Source: Perkinsus chesapeaki ATCC PRA-425 (lineage: Eukaryota > Protista > Perkinsozoa). Taken from it: DNA of 63,689 bases. Both the position numbers and the translations under genes were made by a program. Below, in pieces: positions 12,400 through 23,516 of the stretch. The notes under the pieces were generated by a model that searched no databases, was not told the DNA's origin, and was given only the letters and a program-made list of their open reading frames with translations. The DNA is taken from contig JAAPAO010000142.1 of the NCBI GenBank assembly GCA_013115145.1, positions 1 to 63,689 on the forward strand, written 5' to 3'. The first letter of the stretch is position 1, and each line of letters opens with the position of its first letter.

Positions 12400-13560
12400 T
12401 TAGAGAGAGCCAGGCTCTACTAGGTATGTGGGGCTCTCTTATCACCACTGTAGCGCAGGGCACACTGGCCTCCAATGCAGCTATCTGAACATCAGCAATT
12501 TTGCGGAGCGCGTATTAGAGTGAGCAGTCGACCGCTACCTGCCTATACACCACATCAACAAGTCGCCTTGTTGACTTGTGAACGGCGAACTCGAAAGGAG
12601 ACAGAATCGATGCCAGCGACTCGAAGACTATCTGGAAGAAGCCAACCTCACTCACGGGAACTCACCGAGCCTCACTAGCGTGTGAGAATGTTCGGTTTGC
12701 CAAGCTTCCTGGCTGGCTCTGTGGAGGACCTTTAGGAGTTCTTCGGCCTCCTTAACGTCATACAGCGTCAACCGGCCCAGAGCTTCCTCCGAGGTGCCTA
12801 CCGACCAATCGCAGTAGAGGTTGGCCGATGTTATTGGGCCCACCATTGCTGATGTTAAGGCTCTCTAGAATTGGCAGTATCCTCGCCATTCTGCCTACAA
12901 TAATGCAAGGGTTGCCACGTCTATTGTTATCTCGTATTGCAGCCTCGATGAGTTGCACCATCGCAGGTATCTAAGCCGCCTGCCTTTTATACACCTTTAT
13001 TCGGTATAGTATGCAGATTATAATGAAGTATACAGTTACTGCATTACAGTGTATACTTCATTAGTTACTAATTGAATACTTTGTTTACTTTCGAATAGTT
13101 CAACGAGGCTTATGGTTATCAATGTAGAGGTCCTTACACTTCCCCCGCCGCTGATCCTCGTGACCCCTGTGCTCGCCAGGCATCTGTCCAATGCCTCAAC
13201 TCCGGTAATCCTGTCCAACTTCATACCGTCACATCGCTCTACAATCACCGGGGAGGGACTGCAAAGATTCCTTTACAGTTATCAACAGCAGCGCTGCGGT
13301 ACTCTCCGAGTTCCGCCAGAGTTCTGTCAACTTCTCGGCATATACCCTCCAAGGGATCGTACAATTTCCTCTTCGATGCCTTTACGAGTGTTATCGTCAT
13401 ACCGCAACAGAACCTCAAATACTTGGGATTCGCACAACGTGGCTCAACGTCTGACGAGCCCGTTTGCGCTCGTCAACCCTCTCCAAAACTACTTGCTAAC
13501 ATGAGCAACACAAGAAGGAGCCAAGAGAATGAGAAATGATGTAAAAATGCACCTTTATCA
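12400..13560 (-). CDS. Probable RAD51 paralog (RAD51D/XRCC-like), multi-exon
   Basis: RITGVEALDRCL resembles the RecA/Rad51 'ISTG...LD.LL' motif; IVFESLASILSP resembles the Walker B region. Ends are approximate. Confidence 0.45.
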
Positions 13561-13882
13561 TCACGACCATCGACTATCATCATCTCTACTATCAGGAGTA
13601 ATAGTACTTAACCACTAGGCAGATAACATCACTGCCAACGGTGACTATAATACTAATCATAAGTATTATGCTTAACATCAACATTATCAAATAGTCTTAT
13701 TAGTTCTGCTTTCTGCCCTTGAAATTTTTAGTGGGGGTCGGGGAGGAGCCCTAACAAAGACCAGTTTCAGCACGATGAGCTCTTCATAGGTACTCGAGTC
13801 GCGAAAACTACTCTCACAAAGATACGCAAGGGCCGGAGGTACTTTTCAAAGCTACGGTTTATACAACATGCAATAACGTCAC

Positions 13883-15037
13883 TTATTGTCCAGCAAACTT
13901 CTTCTTGCTCACTTTGTTGCTGCTCTGTGCCTTGGCTTTCTCGCTTTGCGAAGGGGCGGAGGATCTGACACCCTTGGCGCGTCTGGGGCACAGAAGGTAA
14001 CCAAGGCATCGGAAAGGTAGCTTGAACAGGAACACAGCCCAGCTTAATAGAGACAGACTGAGCACTATAAACACGACTCTATCGGCCAACTCGGAGCCTG
14101 AAAGAGCACCAAGTCTCGAGACTGTGCCCCCAATCGAGCCGACCTGCAATTCCTCTGGTGGCTGGGTAAGCTGCATGCATCTTCTTGAAGGGAGCAGCAG
14201 TGATGGTCTTCTGCTTCTCGTTGACAAAACTGTACACCTCCGAAACGCCAACAGTCCCAGCATCGATGACAGGATCTGAACAATAGGTCAACTCGACCCA
14301 GACTGCCAGCTCACCAATCTTAGGGGCCACTTCAGCGTAGTAAACGTCCTTGGCTTGAGCGTAATACTTTTTGCCATCACGGACAGCCTGGTTGTACTTG
14401 CCTTGCATGTCCTTTGGCAACATGCTCACAGCAGTGTCTCGGCAATACCTGAAGATGCAGCAACACCTTTGGGCGCCACAGGAAGCACCAACAGCGTACT
14501 TCGCAACATCGATCCAGTAGTAAGCAGTCTGATAGGCGACGCTTTTTACACCCTCAAAAGTAACAAGAGCGTCCGATGCACTCGAGGCAGCGGCACGAGG
14601 CGTCTCCTTGGGGGCAGCAGCAGCAGCAGCCTGAACACCAGCATCGTTCGAAGGAGCTCGTTTAGGCTCCTCCGGAGCCGGGGTGCTCGAAGAGGGTGCA
14701 ACAGTGCTCTCAACCCTCCTTGTCGGAGCCGAGGTGGTGGTAGCAGCCACCGTTGTGGCAGCTACAGTCGGCGTAGTCTGAGCTACTGCCGGGGTTGGAG
14801 GAGGGGTCAATACAACAACAGTTGGTGTGGTACTAGGGGCATGCTGCTGCTCCTCAACTACTTGAGGAGCGCTATCAACAACGACGGAGGAGGCCTATAT
14901 AAGGTAAAAAGTGAACAAGATAGACGGGGCAGCGTGGGTAGGCTGTGGTTGATAACCCTGCTCACCTTTGCGGCAGGGGCAGCCTGGGCCTGGAAAAGCA
15001 TGGCAAGCGCAGCTACGCTGGAGATAACGCGAACCAT
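13883..15037 (-). CDS. Secreted/type I membrane protein with mucin-like Thr/Ala/Pro stalk
   Basis: Signal peptide MVRVISSVAALAMLFQAQA, TTPTVAATTVAATTTSAP tract, hydrophobic VVFIVLSLSLLSWAVF segment and basic tail ending KKKFAGQ-stop. Confidence 0.65.
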
Positions 15038-15154
15038 ACGGAACGATTAAATATGAATATACTGAAAGATACGAAAGAGGTTGATTGCTTGACCGCAACA
15101 CACTGGCTGCTGGCAATGAAACTTGAGAATCAGACATGAAAAACATACCAAATG

Positions 15155-16084
15155 CTACCACTTCTCCTTACCTTCACACAGAAGCTTACACCACTTCACA
15201 CGGGTCCTCCTGCAAGGATCACACCCCCAATCACCGATATCTCGTAAAACGCATTTACGGCAGAGCCAATGCCCACATGGCCACGACAGCAGGCGCTGAG
15301 GTAGGAGGCAGCTCGAGCGGCATCTACTGCATGTAGCGGGGATAAGGAAATCCGAAGCCGCCGCAGCGTCGGTCTCTTTACTATCATAAAGGACATCATA
15401 ATGCCCACAACCACCCTCCGTGGCAGGCGCTGTGTACAGTAAGGTGACAACTCGAGCGTCATCGACACCAGCTCTGTGCACGGTACCGTCCATAGCTACA
15501 CATCCAGGAGCACGAACCACTATATCTACACCAAAGGCCCGAGCAGCGTACCCGAGCACCCAGGCTTCGGCATCGGCTAAGGGGTTAACCACAAAGTCTC
15601 GAACGGCAGCCTCTACATTCGAGGAGCCAACAGCAGCGAGTATCGCCTCGGCCTCTTCAGTGGCACCTCCATTAAGCACAGCTCTAGCAGTGGTATCTCG
15701 ACTTCTCAGAATTAGGGTTTTGTCCCAGCGGAGATCGGCCACCATACACCTGTAAGCATCGAGGGACTTATCCTCGTCACTGTCACCAAGGAAGACAAGA
15801 GGGTCGCCACCGAGGACGTGCGATAGACATTTGTGGGCTAACTCGTTACCAGCCCAAACCAAAGGCTCATAGTAACCGAGAAGTAGAGCACGATAGAAGC
15901 ATTGACCATCACCGGCAACACGCCTGACCACAACCCTGGAGTCCGCGATACTGCGGGACTCAACCAAGCCGGATACATTGTAGCGAGGGGCATCTTCAGG
16001 AGGGGGAGTCAGCGATCGGGGAGCAGTTGGTATAATAGGTTGAGGGGGAGGGGGAAGCGGCTGAATAGTGAAGTGAGCCGGCAT
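15155..16084 (-). CDS. OTU-family deubiquitinase with C-terminal C3HC4 RING finger, intronless
   Basis: RRVAGDGQCFYRAL (catalytic Cys box), GHYDVL (His box), then CSRC...CGH..CRKC...CDPC. Confidence 0.82.
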   Translation of the reverse strand: MPAHFTIQPLPPPPQPIIPTAPRSLTPPPEDAPRYNVSGLVESRSIADSRVVVRRVAGDGQCFYRALLLGYYEPLVWAGNELAHKCLSHVLGGDPLVFLGDSDEDKSLDAYRCMVADLRWDKTLILRSRDTTARAVLNGGATEEAEAILAAVGSSNVEAAVRDFVVNPLADAEAWVLGYAARAFGVDIVVRAPGCVAMDGTVHRAGVDDARVVTLLYTAPATEGGCGHYDVLYDSKETDAAAASDFLIPATCSRCRSSCLLPQRLLSWPCGHWLCRKCVLRDIGDWGCDPCRRTRVKWCKLLCEGKEKW

Positions 16085-16606
16085 TAAAGCAAAGTTACAT
16101 ATGCAGCGAGGATGGATTAGTGAATGCCAGAGTAACCGTAAGATACCAAATAGGTCAAGTTGGAACTAGCTACCGCTCAAGTGCGTTTAAAAGGATATAA
16201 TATCATTATGTTGCTAACTAGCGTAACGGGACACTAGAATGGCTCTAATCTGACAGTAAGACGAATAATATACCCAAGGCTGCATCACAGCTGAAACGCA
16301 GCCTTGTGTAGCCCTAACGCGTCATTTCCACGGTTATTATGATCCCTTTAGTGTGAAAGAAAGCAGAAGGGTCTTCGTAGAACATACCGCTAGTGAAGGG
16401 CCCACATGCTCCAAACCGTGCGCAGTGATAATCAGCGGCAGGATATGAACGTTACTTTATAATTTTGGGCGCGCGCTTTTTACGGCGCTTATTGCGAACG
16501 AAGATGATACACACCGATCGAATTTGGGGGAAGCGATGTTGGATTAATACTGCTTAGCGTCGATAGTGGAAATGGTTTTTAAACCACAACGGCTATTTTA
16601 GTGGGA

Positions 16607-18408
16607 ATGCTCTGGACTGATGAGATGGCTAAGTGCGGAGGGTATCTTAGGTAGGCTCGGACTGGAGTTGGTGGAGAATGAGTTTTTGATGAATCAGCAT
16701 TACATCACGCTATTTAATATGGTATTGTACATTATAATCAGTAGAGTATTGGATTATATAGTAACCTTTGATGAATCTTGCAGAATGTTAACCTCGGATG
16801 AATCTTGCAGTATGTTAACCTCGGATGAATCTTGCAGTATGTTAACCTTGGATGAATCTATTACACTGTTAACCTTTCATGAATCTATTCCCTCTATATG
16901 TTAACCTAATCTCCTCAGCCAACAATGTCCTCTCCTTATAATCATGCCCGATAACCCTACTCTACCAGCATTATTACCACCCCCTCACAGAGAGCCAGCC
17001 AAGTTCCTACCAGTCATCTTTGTATGCAGTATTATTACTACACTCTGGGCTATATACAACTTCGTAAGGCTCAACCAAACCACTACCATCATCACCATAG
17101 TTCTATCAGGTTCACATTGTACCGATGCTACAGCTGGACCGACCCGCAGTAGTACACCAGGACTTGTAGGGCGCAAGTCGGTAACACCGCCTGTCACTTT
17201 GTAGTAGGGCCCAACGAGGCTGGATAGAGCTGATAATCTTCAACTCCCTATCAGCAATGCTACTGCTGTGCTACACCCTTTGTGTGGTGATTCATCCTGG
17301 CGAGGTAGGTGTGGTAGGGGTACGTGGGTGAGATTCATGGCTAGATACCAGACTCGGAGGAATGGCTATATGACGGGGAGGAGGAAGAGGGGGAATCTAG
17401 TGTACTCCTGGATAGCGGCGGTGCTGCCTTACCAGGTAGTGTGGAGGTTTGTAAGGTTGTTGGTAAGATTGTAAGGGTTAGATACGCAAGAGAAGAAGAG
17501 AACTGGGGAGAGAAGGCATTGCAAATGGTGTGGCAAGTACGGCGACAGGGGAAGTCTTTGGTTTATGGATCGTTTCACCCAGGTACAAACCGGACCGATG
17601 TCATCACTGCAGGGTCTGCAAGCGCTGTGTAAGGTCCTCGTATATTATCTTTGCCATTCTTTCTGTTTGCAGGTTCTCAAGATGGACCATCACTGTCCAT
17701 GGATATACAACTGTGTTGGCTTCCGTAACCACAAGTACTTCTTCCTACTACTCTTCTATGCCACCCTAACAGCACACTTTATGTGGATTACTGTTATTGA
17801 ATCAGTAAGTGTATCCTTCCTATTACCTCCAGCATCCACTGTAAGCAGACACGTCGGGCAGTGGATGAGGAGGAGCCCTTGGGCAGGGTATTCCTCCTTA
17901 TGTTTGGCACTATTCTATCATGCCTGTTTGGACTGCTATTAACAGCCTTTTTTGCCTTTCATATATGGTAATGATATAATTACATCGTCGCTCCTCCGTC
18001 TAGCACAGTCTATTGTTCAGGTTGGCTTTTAAGGCGATGACCACTATAGAGTATTGCGAGAAGTCGAGCAAGAAGCTGGATTTCACGGGGGTAGGACTGG
18101 CCATGGCTCCCTGGTTGCCTAAGCTCCTCATCAGTCCGTTTATCATCGTGGATGCTACGGCGACTTCATTGCCGTAGTCGGACCTAATCCTCTGTTCTGG
18201 CTTTTGCCCATAGGTAGTAGTAAGGGCCGTGTCGGCTGTGGAGGGAATATGGTGTTATTTAGCTTACGGTAGAGGGGATGGTATGACATTCGCCACGGAG
18301 GGGTGTGTAAAGAGGGACAGCAGCAGCGTTGGCAACGAGGTCGCTCGGGAAGATAAAGGTGGCGATGGTTTGGTTGGTTGTGGGGGGCATATACTTGTGG
18401 TTAGTTGA
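16607..18408 (+). CDS. DHHC palmitoyltransferase, multi-exon
   Basis: [15 protein letters not shown]|[22 protein letters not shown] and the TTIEY motif. First exon and stop are approximate. Confidence 0.92.
16761..16908. repeat. 27-bp minisatellite, about 5 copies
   Basis: Unit gttaacctcggatgaatcttgcagtat occurs twice exactly, with diverged flanking copies. Confidence 0.9.
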
Positions 18409-18701
18409 TCCTTCGATGGTTACCCTACACGACCAAGGCACCAGTGATACCACCCAGTCAAAGGTAATAAGCAGTGGTGAGGCAATGTGATGAGGGTTAT
18501 AGGTTAGGAAGTACAACAAGGTGGAGAAGGAGACTCACCAGAGGCCACCACCAGAGTCTAGCGAGCCTCTGCTGCTGTTGCCCTAGGACGAATGCATGCA
18601 GCTTTGATGACCATGTTCGATGTACCTTCTTTTGAATACCCTTACAGTTGTTGTTATGATTGTTGTCCTTATGAGTTGGTTGGTAGTGTTAGTCGGTATA
18701 A

Positions 18702-21700
18702 ATGGCTGTGGTAGGTTATTACTTTTCTATGGCACCACAGCAGGTGATGTCATCATCTCGAGGAGGTCTAGAGTATTCATATGCCATTGACCGCCAGATG
18801 CCTCCACCTCAACCGATCATGCAGCAGCCACAGGGTGGTGTGCCCAAGTCACCACCTATGAGAGAAGGAGGAGGATCGCTTCCTCTTGGACAGCAGCAAC
18901 AACAGCCGGTAAGACACTTAGAGGGAAGGGTATCTTGGGTTGAAGCGTGCAAGATACAATATAGGTCGAATTTCTGTGAAATCTGTTTTTATGGTTAGCT
19001 ACACGGTGCCCATATGGAGGACATGCCAGTCCATGATGAGTATGGTCGTGGCCCTGTTCTCCCTCCCCGTCGACAGCCCTACCCTCCCCCTCCTCAACAG
19101 TATGCTGCTCCTCCTCCGCCACCCGCTAGGGACATGCCTCCCTATCGACCTCAGCAGCTTAGGCCACAACCCCCTAAAGTACCCATTGCTTGCTGTACTC
19201 CTGCTCCTGTTATGTCTTCTCTAACAGGTTGATGATCCACTGTTAAGGAAGGATGTGATGGAGTACGTATACGAGAGGACTGTGAATATCCATCAGCACT
19301 CAGAAGAGTGCACATCGGCTATAATGCAGTGTCTTACTCAGATCATTAACGCCTTGGAGTTGGGGATGCATGTAAGAGGATGGTGGTGATGATGCGTAGG
19401 GAATCTATTAGGGACATATACTCAAATTGGTGCCGTTCCATAGTGATTTTTTCCATCGTGTTCGTGCTAGACCGGACTCTCTAACAAAGAGGGTATCATC
19501 AGGCTAGATTGACTTTTTGTATTGTTCACAGCTGGCAAATTGGCTGGTGCAGTGGGTGGTTGATAGGAGTCTCCGTATGGTTGTTCTCTTCATGGCATCC
19601 CTACTGGTCAGAGTAGGGATAAGCTCATATAGTATGCCTTGGTTGGCAACTTTTCGTTCTCATCAGAAAATAAGCATCGGGATAGGCGGTCACGAGGCCT
19701 ATTATGGTATTATTACTGATACCAGTATATATTATATTATTTAGTTTATTGACTCCTAATGGTCAGTATATATAATAAATCATAATAATTGTTATAAACT
19801 AATTTATAGATGATAGGAGCCATCTTGTGTACGAAGGGGATGAACTCACTTTGACGCAACACAGTCTCCGTGGGGAGCACCGGTCATGTGTCAGAAAACC
19901 GAGGGTCGAGTGATAGAGAATATGAGCCTTAACGCGGAGCTGCAGCATGACCTCAGTAAATGCCTGTCCAAGTTGGATGTAATAGAATAGCGGCAATTGT
20001 TGCTACGTATTGTGGTGTTATATCAGGGAATAACAAGATACTGCAGCACCAATGAGGTAGGGGAGGTTATTGGAAGGGAGGAGGAAGGAACGGTGTGGTG
20101 TTTGGTGTGCAGGCACAGTTGATTGAGAACTTATCTGAGACTAAGGGGAGCGCTAGGTTTATACAACAACAGTTCGAGCAGGATGTAGGTGTAGGGAGAT
20201 GGCGTGCGGTGGGATGGTTGTTATTTTATTAGGGGAACAAGTTGGAAAGTATGCAGGCTAATTTAATGCAACTGATGGTAATAATAGTACAACAACGAGG
20301 GGGTTAGACAACGGTGTGGCTAGAAGTGGGAGGGGGTACTGTATGTAGTGGTCAGATTAGTACGATCTCTAAGTCGAGACATGTGTTCAAGTCGATTGTT
20401 TGGGCTCGTACATTGACTGGCTCGTCCCCTAATATGTTCGTTGTTGTTCAGAGGCAAGTGCAGGATGCTCCAACTTATAACGATATGAAGACCCACAGTG
20501 ATGAGGCTATATCCGCCATCTCATCGGTAAGCCGATTATCCGAGTAGTGGGAGGAGGATATCAAACTGTCTCGTTCCCTCAGCGATTTGCAAGCCTTAAC
20601 ACGACGCTACAAAAGCTGGGGAGTGATGTGGCGGAGGTGAAGTCACAGAACATGACTATTATATCGGCACTGAGCAGCGTTAGTGAGAGGCTTAGTTGGC
20701 TGGAGAAGGCTGATCAAGAGAGGGTCAGGAGGGTTTCTAGTGCAGCAGCATCACCAACGGCAATGCCTGTCCTACCGACGACTGCACCACAAATTAAAAT
20801 GTAAGGGAGTAGGAAGTACTTGTGTTCATTTCCTCATTGTGTTAACTTTGGATCGTATCTTCGCACCATGAAGATTTTTCGATCCCAAAGGAAATTACCC
20901 GTCTATAGTGGATGAGTTAGTTGGTGTGAGCAGGTACGGTACAAGCCAGCGATCGGTAATCAATGAGATGGACTTGCTTAGTAGGAATGATATAACATAT
21001 GGCACATCCGAGATGGGGACCAAGTGTCCGAGTTATCACGAGGAATACTATATTAGAGGTAGGGGCAGACTGGAGGGGGAGGAAGATCGTGCAGAACTGG
21101 CAGCGGTGGCCACTGGCTGCTGTAGGGCTCGCGGTGTGCGTTGGGTGTAGATCATCATCATCACCATGGCTGCTGCTGTCAGTTGCTATTGTTTCTATAT
21201 CTACTTTAGTGCTTGTTGATGTAGTCTATGGGGGACAACGGTACGTCGATTAGATACGCGAGAGGAGACAGAGCATCACACAGTGCCGGATGAGCCGGCC
21301 TTTTACGCGCCTCCTCCTCCTCCGGTCATGAGGGAGCAGCGGCCTCCAGCACCTACCGAGCCACTGAGAAGGCAGGAATGGGAACGTGCAGTTAAGCAAG
21401 AGGAAGCTCCGCAGGTGCAGCACGAAGAGGGTAATGTGCCTCGACGGCATCCGGTCATTTATTGCTGTTTTCATGGGTAGGAAATAGTAACGTTGCATCG
21501 GTTGTTATAGATCTTGTTGATGATGACGAGGAGCCATCGGGGGAAGTGGCCACAGCAGAGGTTATTGCCATTAGCAAGAGTCCAGGAGCATCATCTTCAG
21601 CTGCTGGGGAGTTGGCGAGGCCGTTGTTGAGCCCATCATCTTATAGTGGTAATAGGGACGGTTATCCTGGTCCTGTTCCGGTCCAAATTCCTGGGTCAAT

Positions 21701-22800
21701 AATTTACTATATACTATTTTTACTATTTTACTATTATTGCTGATTACAATAATAGGAAAATCGGTAGAGGACTAAAGCGTTTTCAGAGTCACCGGAAGTC
21801 TCCGTAAAGAGCACTGAGGAGAAGGAAGACCTGTTGCCTGCTCCTCCAGCCCCTCGCCAGGAGCAGGATACGCCTCCCGCCATACCTCCAGGCTTGGCGA
21901 GCGGCCCTGCTCCTCCTCCAGTTGTTGTGGTAGAAGAGGAGGCTCAGCCACAGAACGACGTGGCAGTTGTTGATGACATTGAGTTGCCTGTAGCATCCTT
22001 CCCAGCAGTGAGTGATGGACCAGCTTTGGAGACTGCATGTAGGGAGCTGCCGGTGGGGGTTATAGAGGGCCTTGTTAGGCTCATTGGTGGGTAAGATGAA
22101 CGAAGAGGGATTGAATGCAAATACTGATGATAAAGGAGTGTTGTGGAACACGGGAGCTAGTAAGATGGGAAGGCCTTAAGACAGGAATAACGATACAAAC
22201 ATCTGTATTAAGCTCGTATATAGGGATTTGTGTGATAAGGTAGAGGTTGCCAAGCTGCCCGTTTCAGTTGGTTCATCTAACGTATCGGGCAGCAACAGCT
22301 CCTCTTCCTCTTCTTCGTCCTCCCCCGGGGCGGGTCAGCAAGGAATGCGTTTACGTGGCCTCAATCTTCTTGCAGTAGTACTGCCCTCTTTTCCCGACTG
22401 CTCCGTCCTTCCTCCTCAGGGACACGCGTTCTTGCTGCTGGATTTTGCGACGCGGGTCTCGCGCAACTCGTAGCGCTTGCGTCGGCAGAGACTGGTGGTG
22501 ATTGTCTGAGAATCGATATTGCTAAGTTAGACGTGGAAGGGCTTCGAGGGCAGTCTGATCTCATTAGGGACTTTGGTAGGAGCTGCTGACCTCGTGCTGT
22601 CTAATGGTGTCTTTTTCAGTTCTTAAGTTAGTTGACATCTTTAATACAACTGATGTAAGTGCCAATGCGTGGGGATCTCGTCACTTCAAGTGTTTCCTAT
22701 TTAGACTGCTGCTGGTGCTGCCTTACCAGAGGCTATCAATGACCTTGTTGAATGGCTTGCTGAAGGCCCATTGGATGGGGTGCTCCTCTAGCTAACGTAG
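18702..22800 (+). CDS. One or two large Pro-rich/coiled-coil hypothetical multi-exon proteins
   Basis: Many Pro/Gln-rich and coiled-coil exons with GT-AG borders; gene boundaries unresolved. Confidence 0.4.
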
Positions 22801-23516
22801 ACAATCACACAAAGCAACAAAGCAGGCATATCGTTTGAAACATCATCATCATTATTATTATCGTTTTCGTTGTCTCCCTCTGTTGTAGTAATATGAGATA
22901 GCACTACCAGTTATTCCCCAATAGATTGACCGATTGTTTCTAATATCGCCGCTGTAGTTTGCTCAGTTGTCAATTAGTAGCAGCGGATAGGACAAGGTCG
23001 GCAAGTATGCTTCTTGGACAGTGGAAGTGCTGCTATGTCCAGAAGTTTATTAGCGAAGGTATAGAGCAAGTATAATAGCATCGTGCAAAATAATTTACTG
23101 TAAATTTGGGAGATATAGTGAAACGGTTAAATATCATATAGGAATCTGCGATGGGTATTCTTGTTGGATAATTCTACATAAATCGGGCTGGTTAGTGGGG
23201 ATATAACTGTCTTAAGGGGACATTATTAGATGTCGGGTACTGGAAGGAATTCCTACAGTACGCTGAAATGTCGCACTACTATGCACGAAAAATGGCTAAA
23301 AATCGTCGAGTTGGAGCGGGGCAAGCTCGATTCACGGGCAATTGAGTATGGAGAATTCAATAGGAAAGGAATTAGCTTGGAAGTCGACATACTTATCGAT
23401 ATTTTTGCACGTCCAGACCGCGCATCTCTAGACGTCGCGTGCTGTACTAAAGGAGAAGTATTTCCCTTACCAGCAGTTCTTGCGGAACAATATTTCGCAG
23501 TTTTTGCTTGTGGGGT

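Noticed and set aside
14355-15050. 231-aa plus-strand ORF
   Set aside because: Antisense shadow of the mucin-like gene; no independent motifs.
16761-16908. CRISPR-like regular spacing
   Set aside because: Units are contiguous with no unique spacers and no cas genes; it is a minisatellite in eukaryotic DNA.
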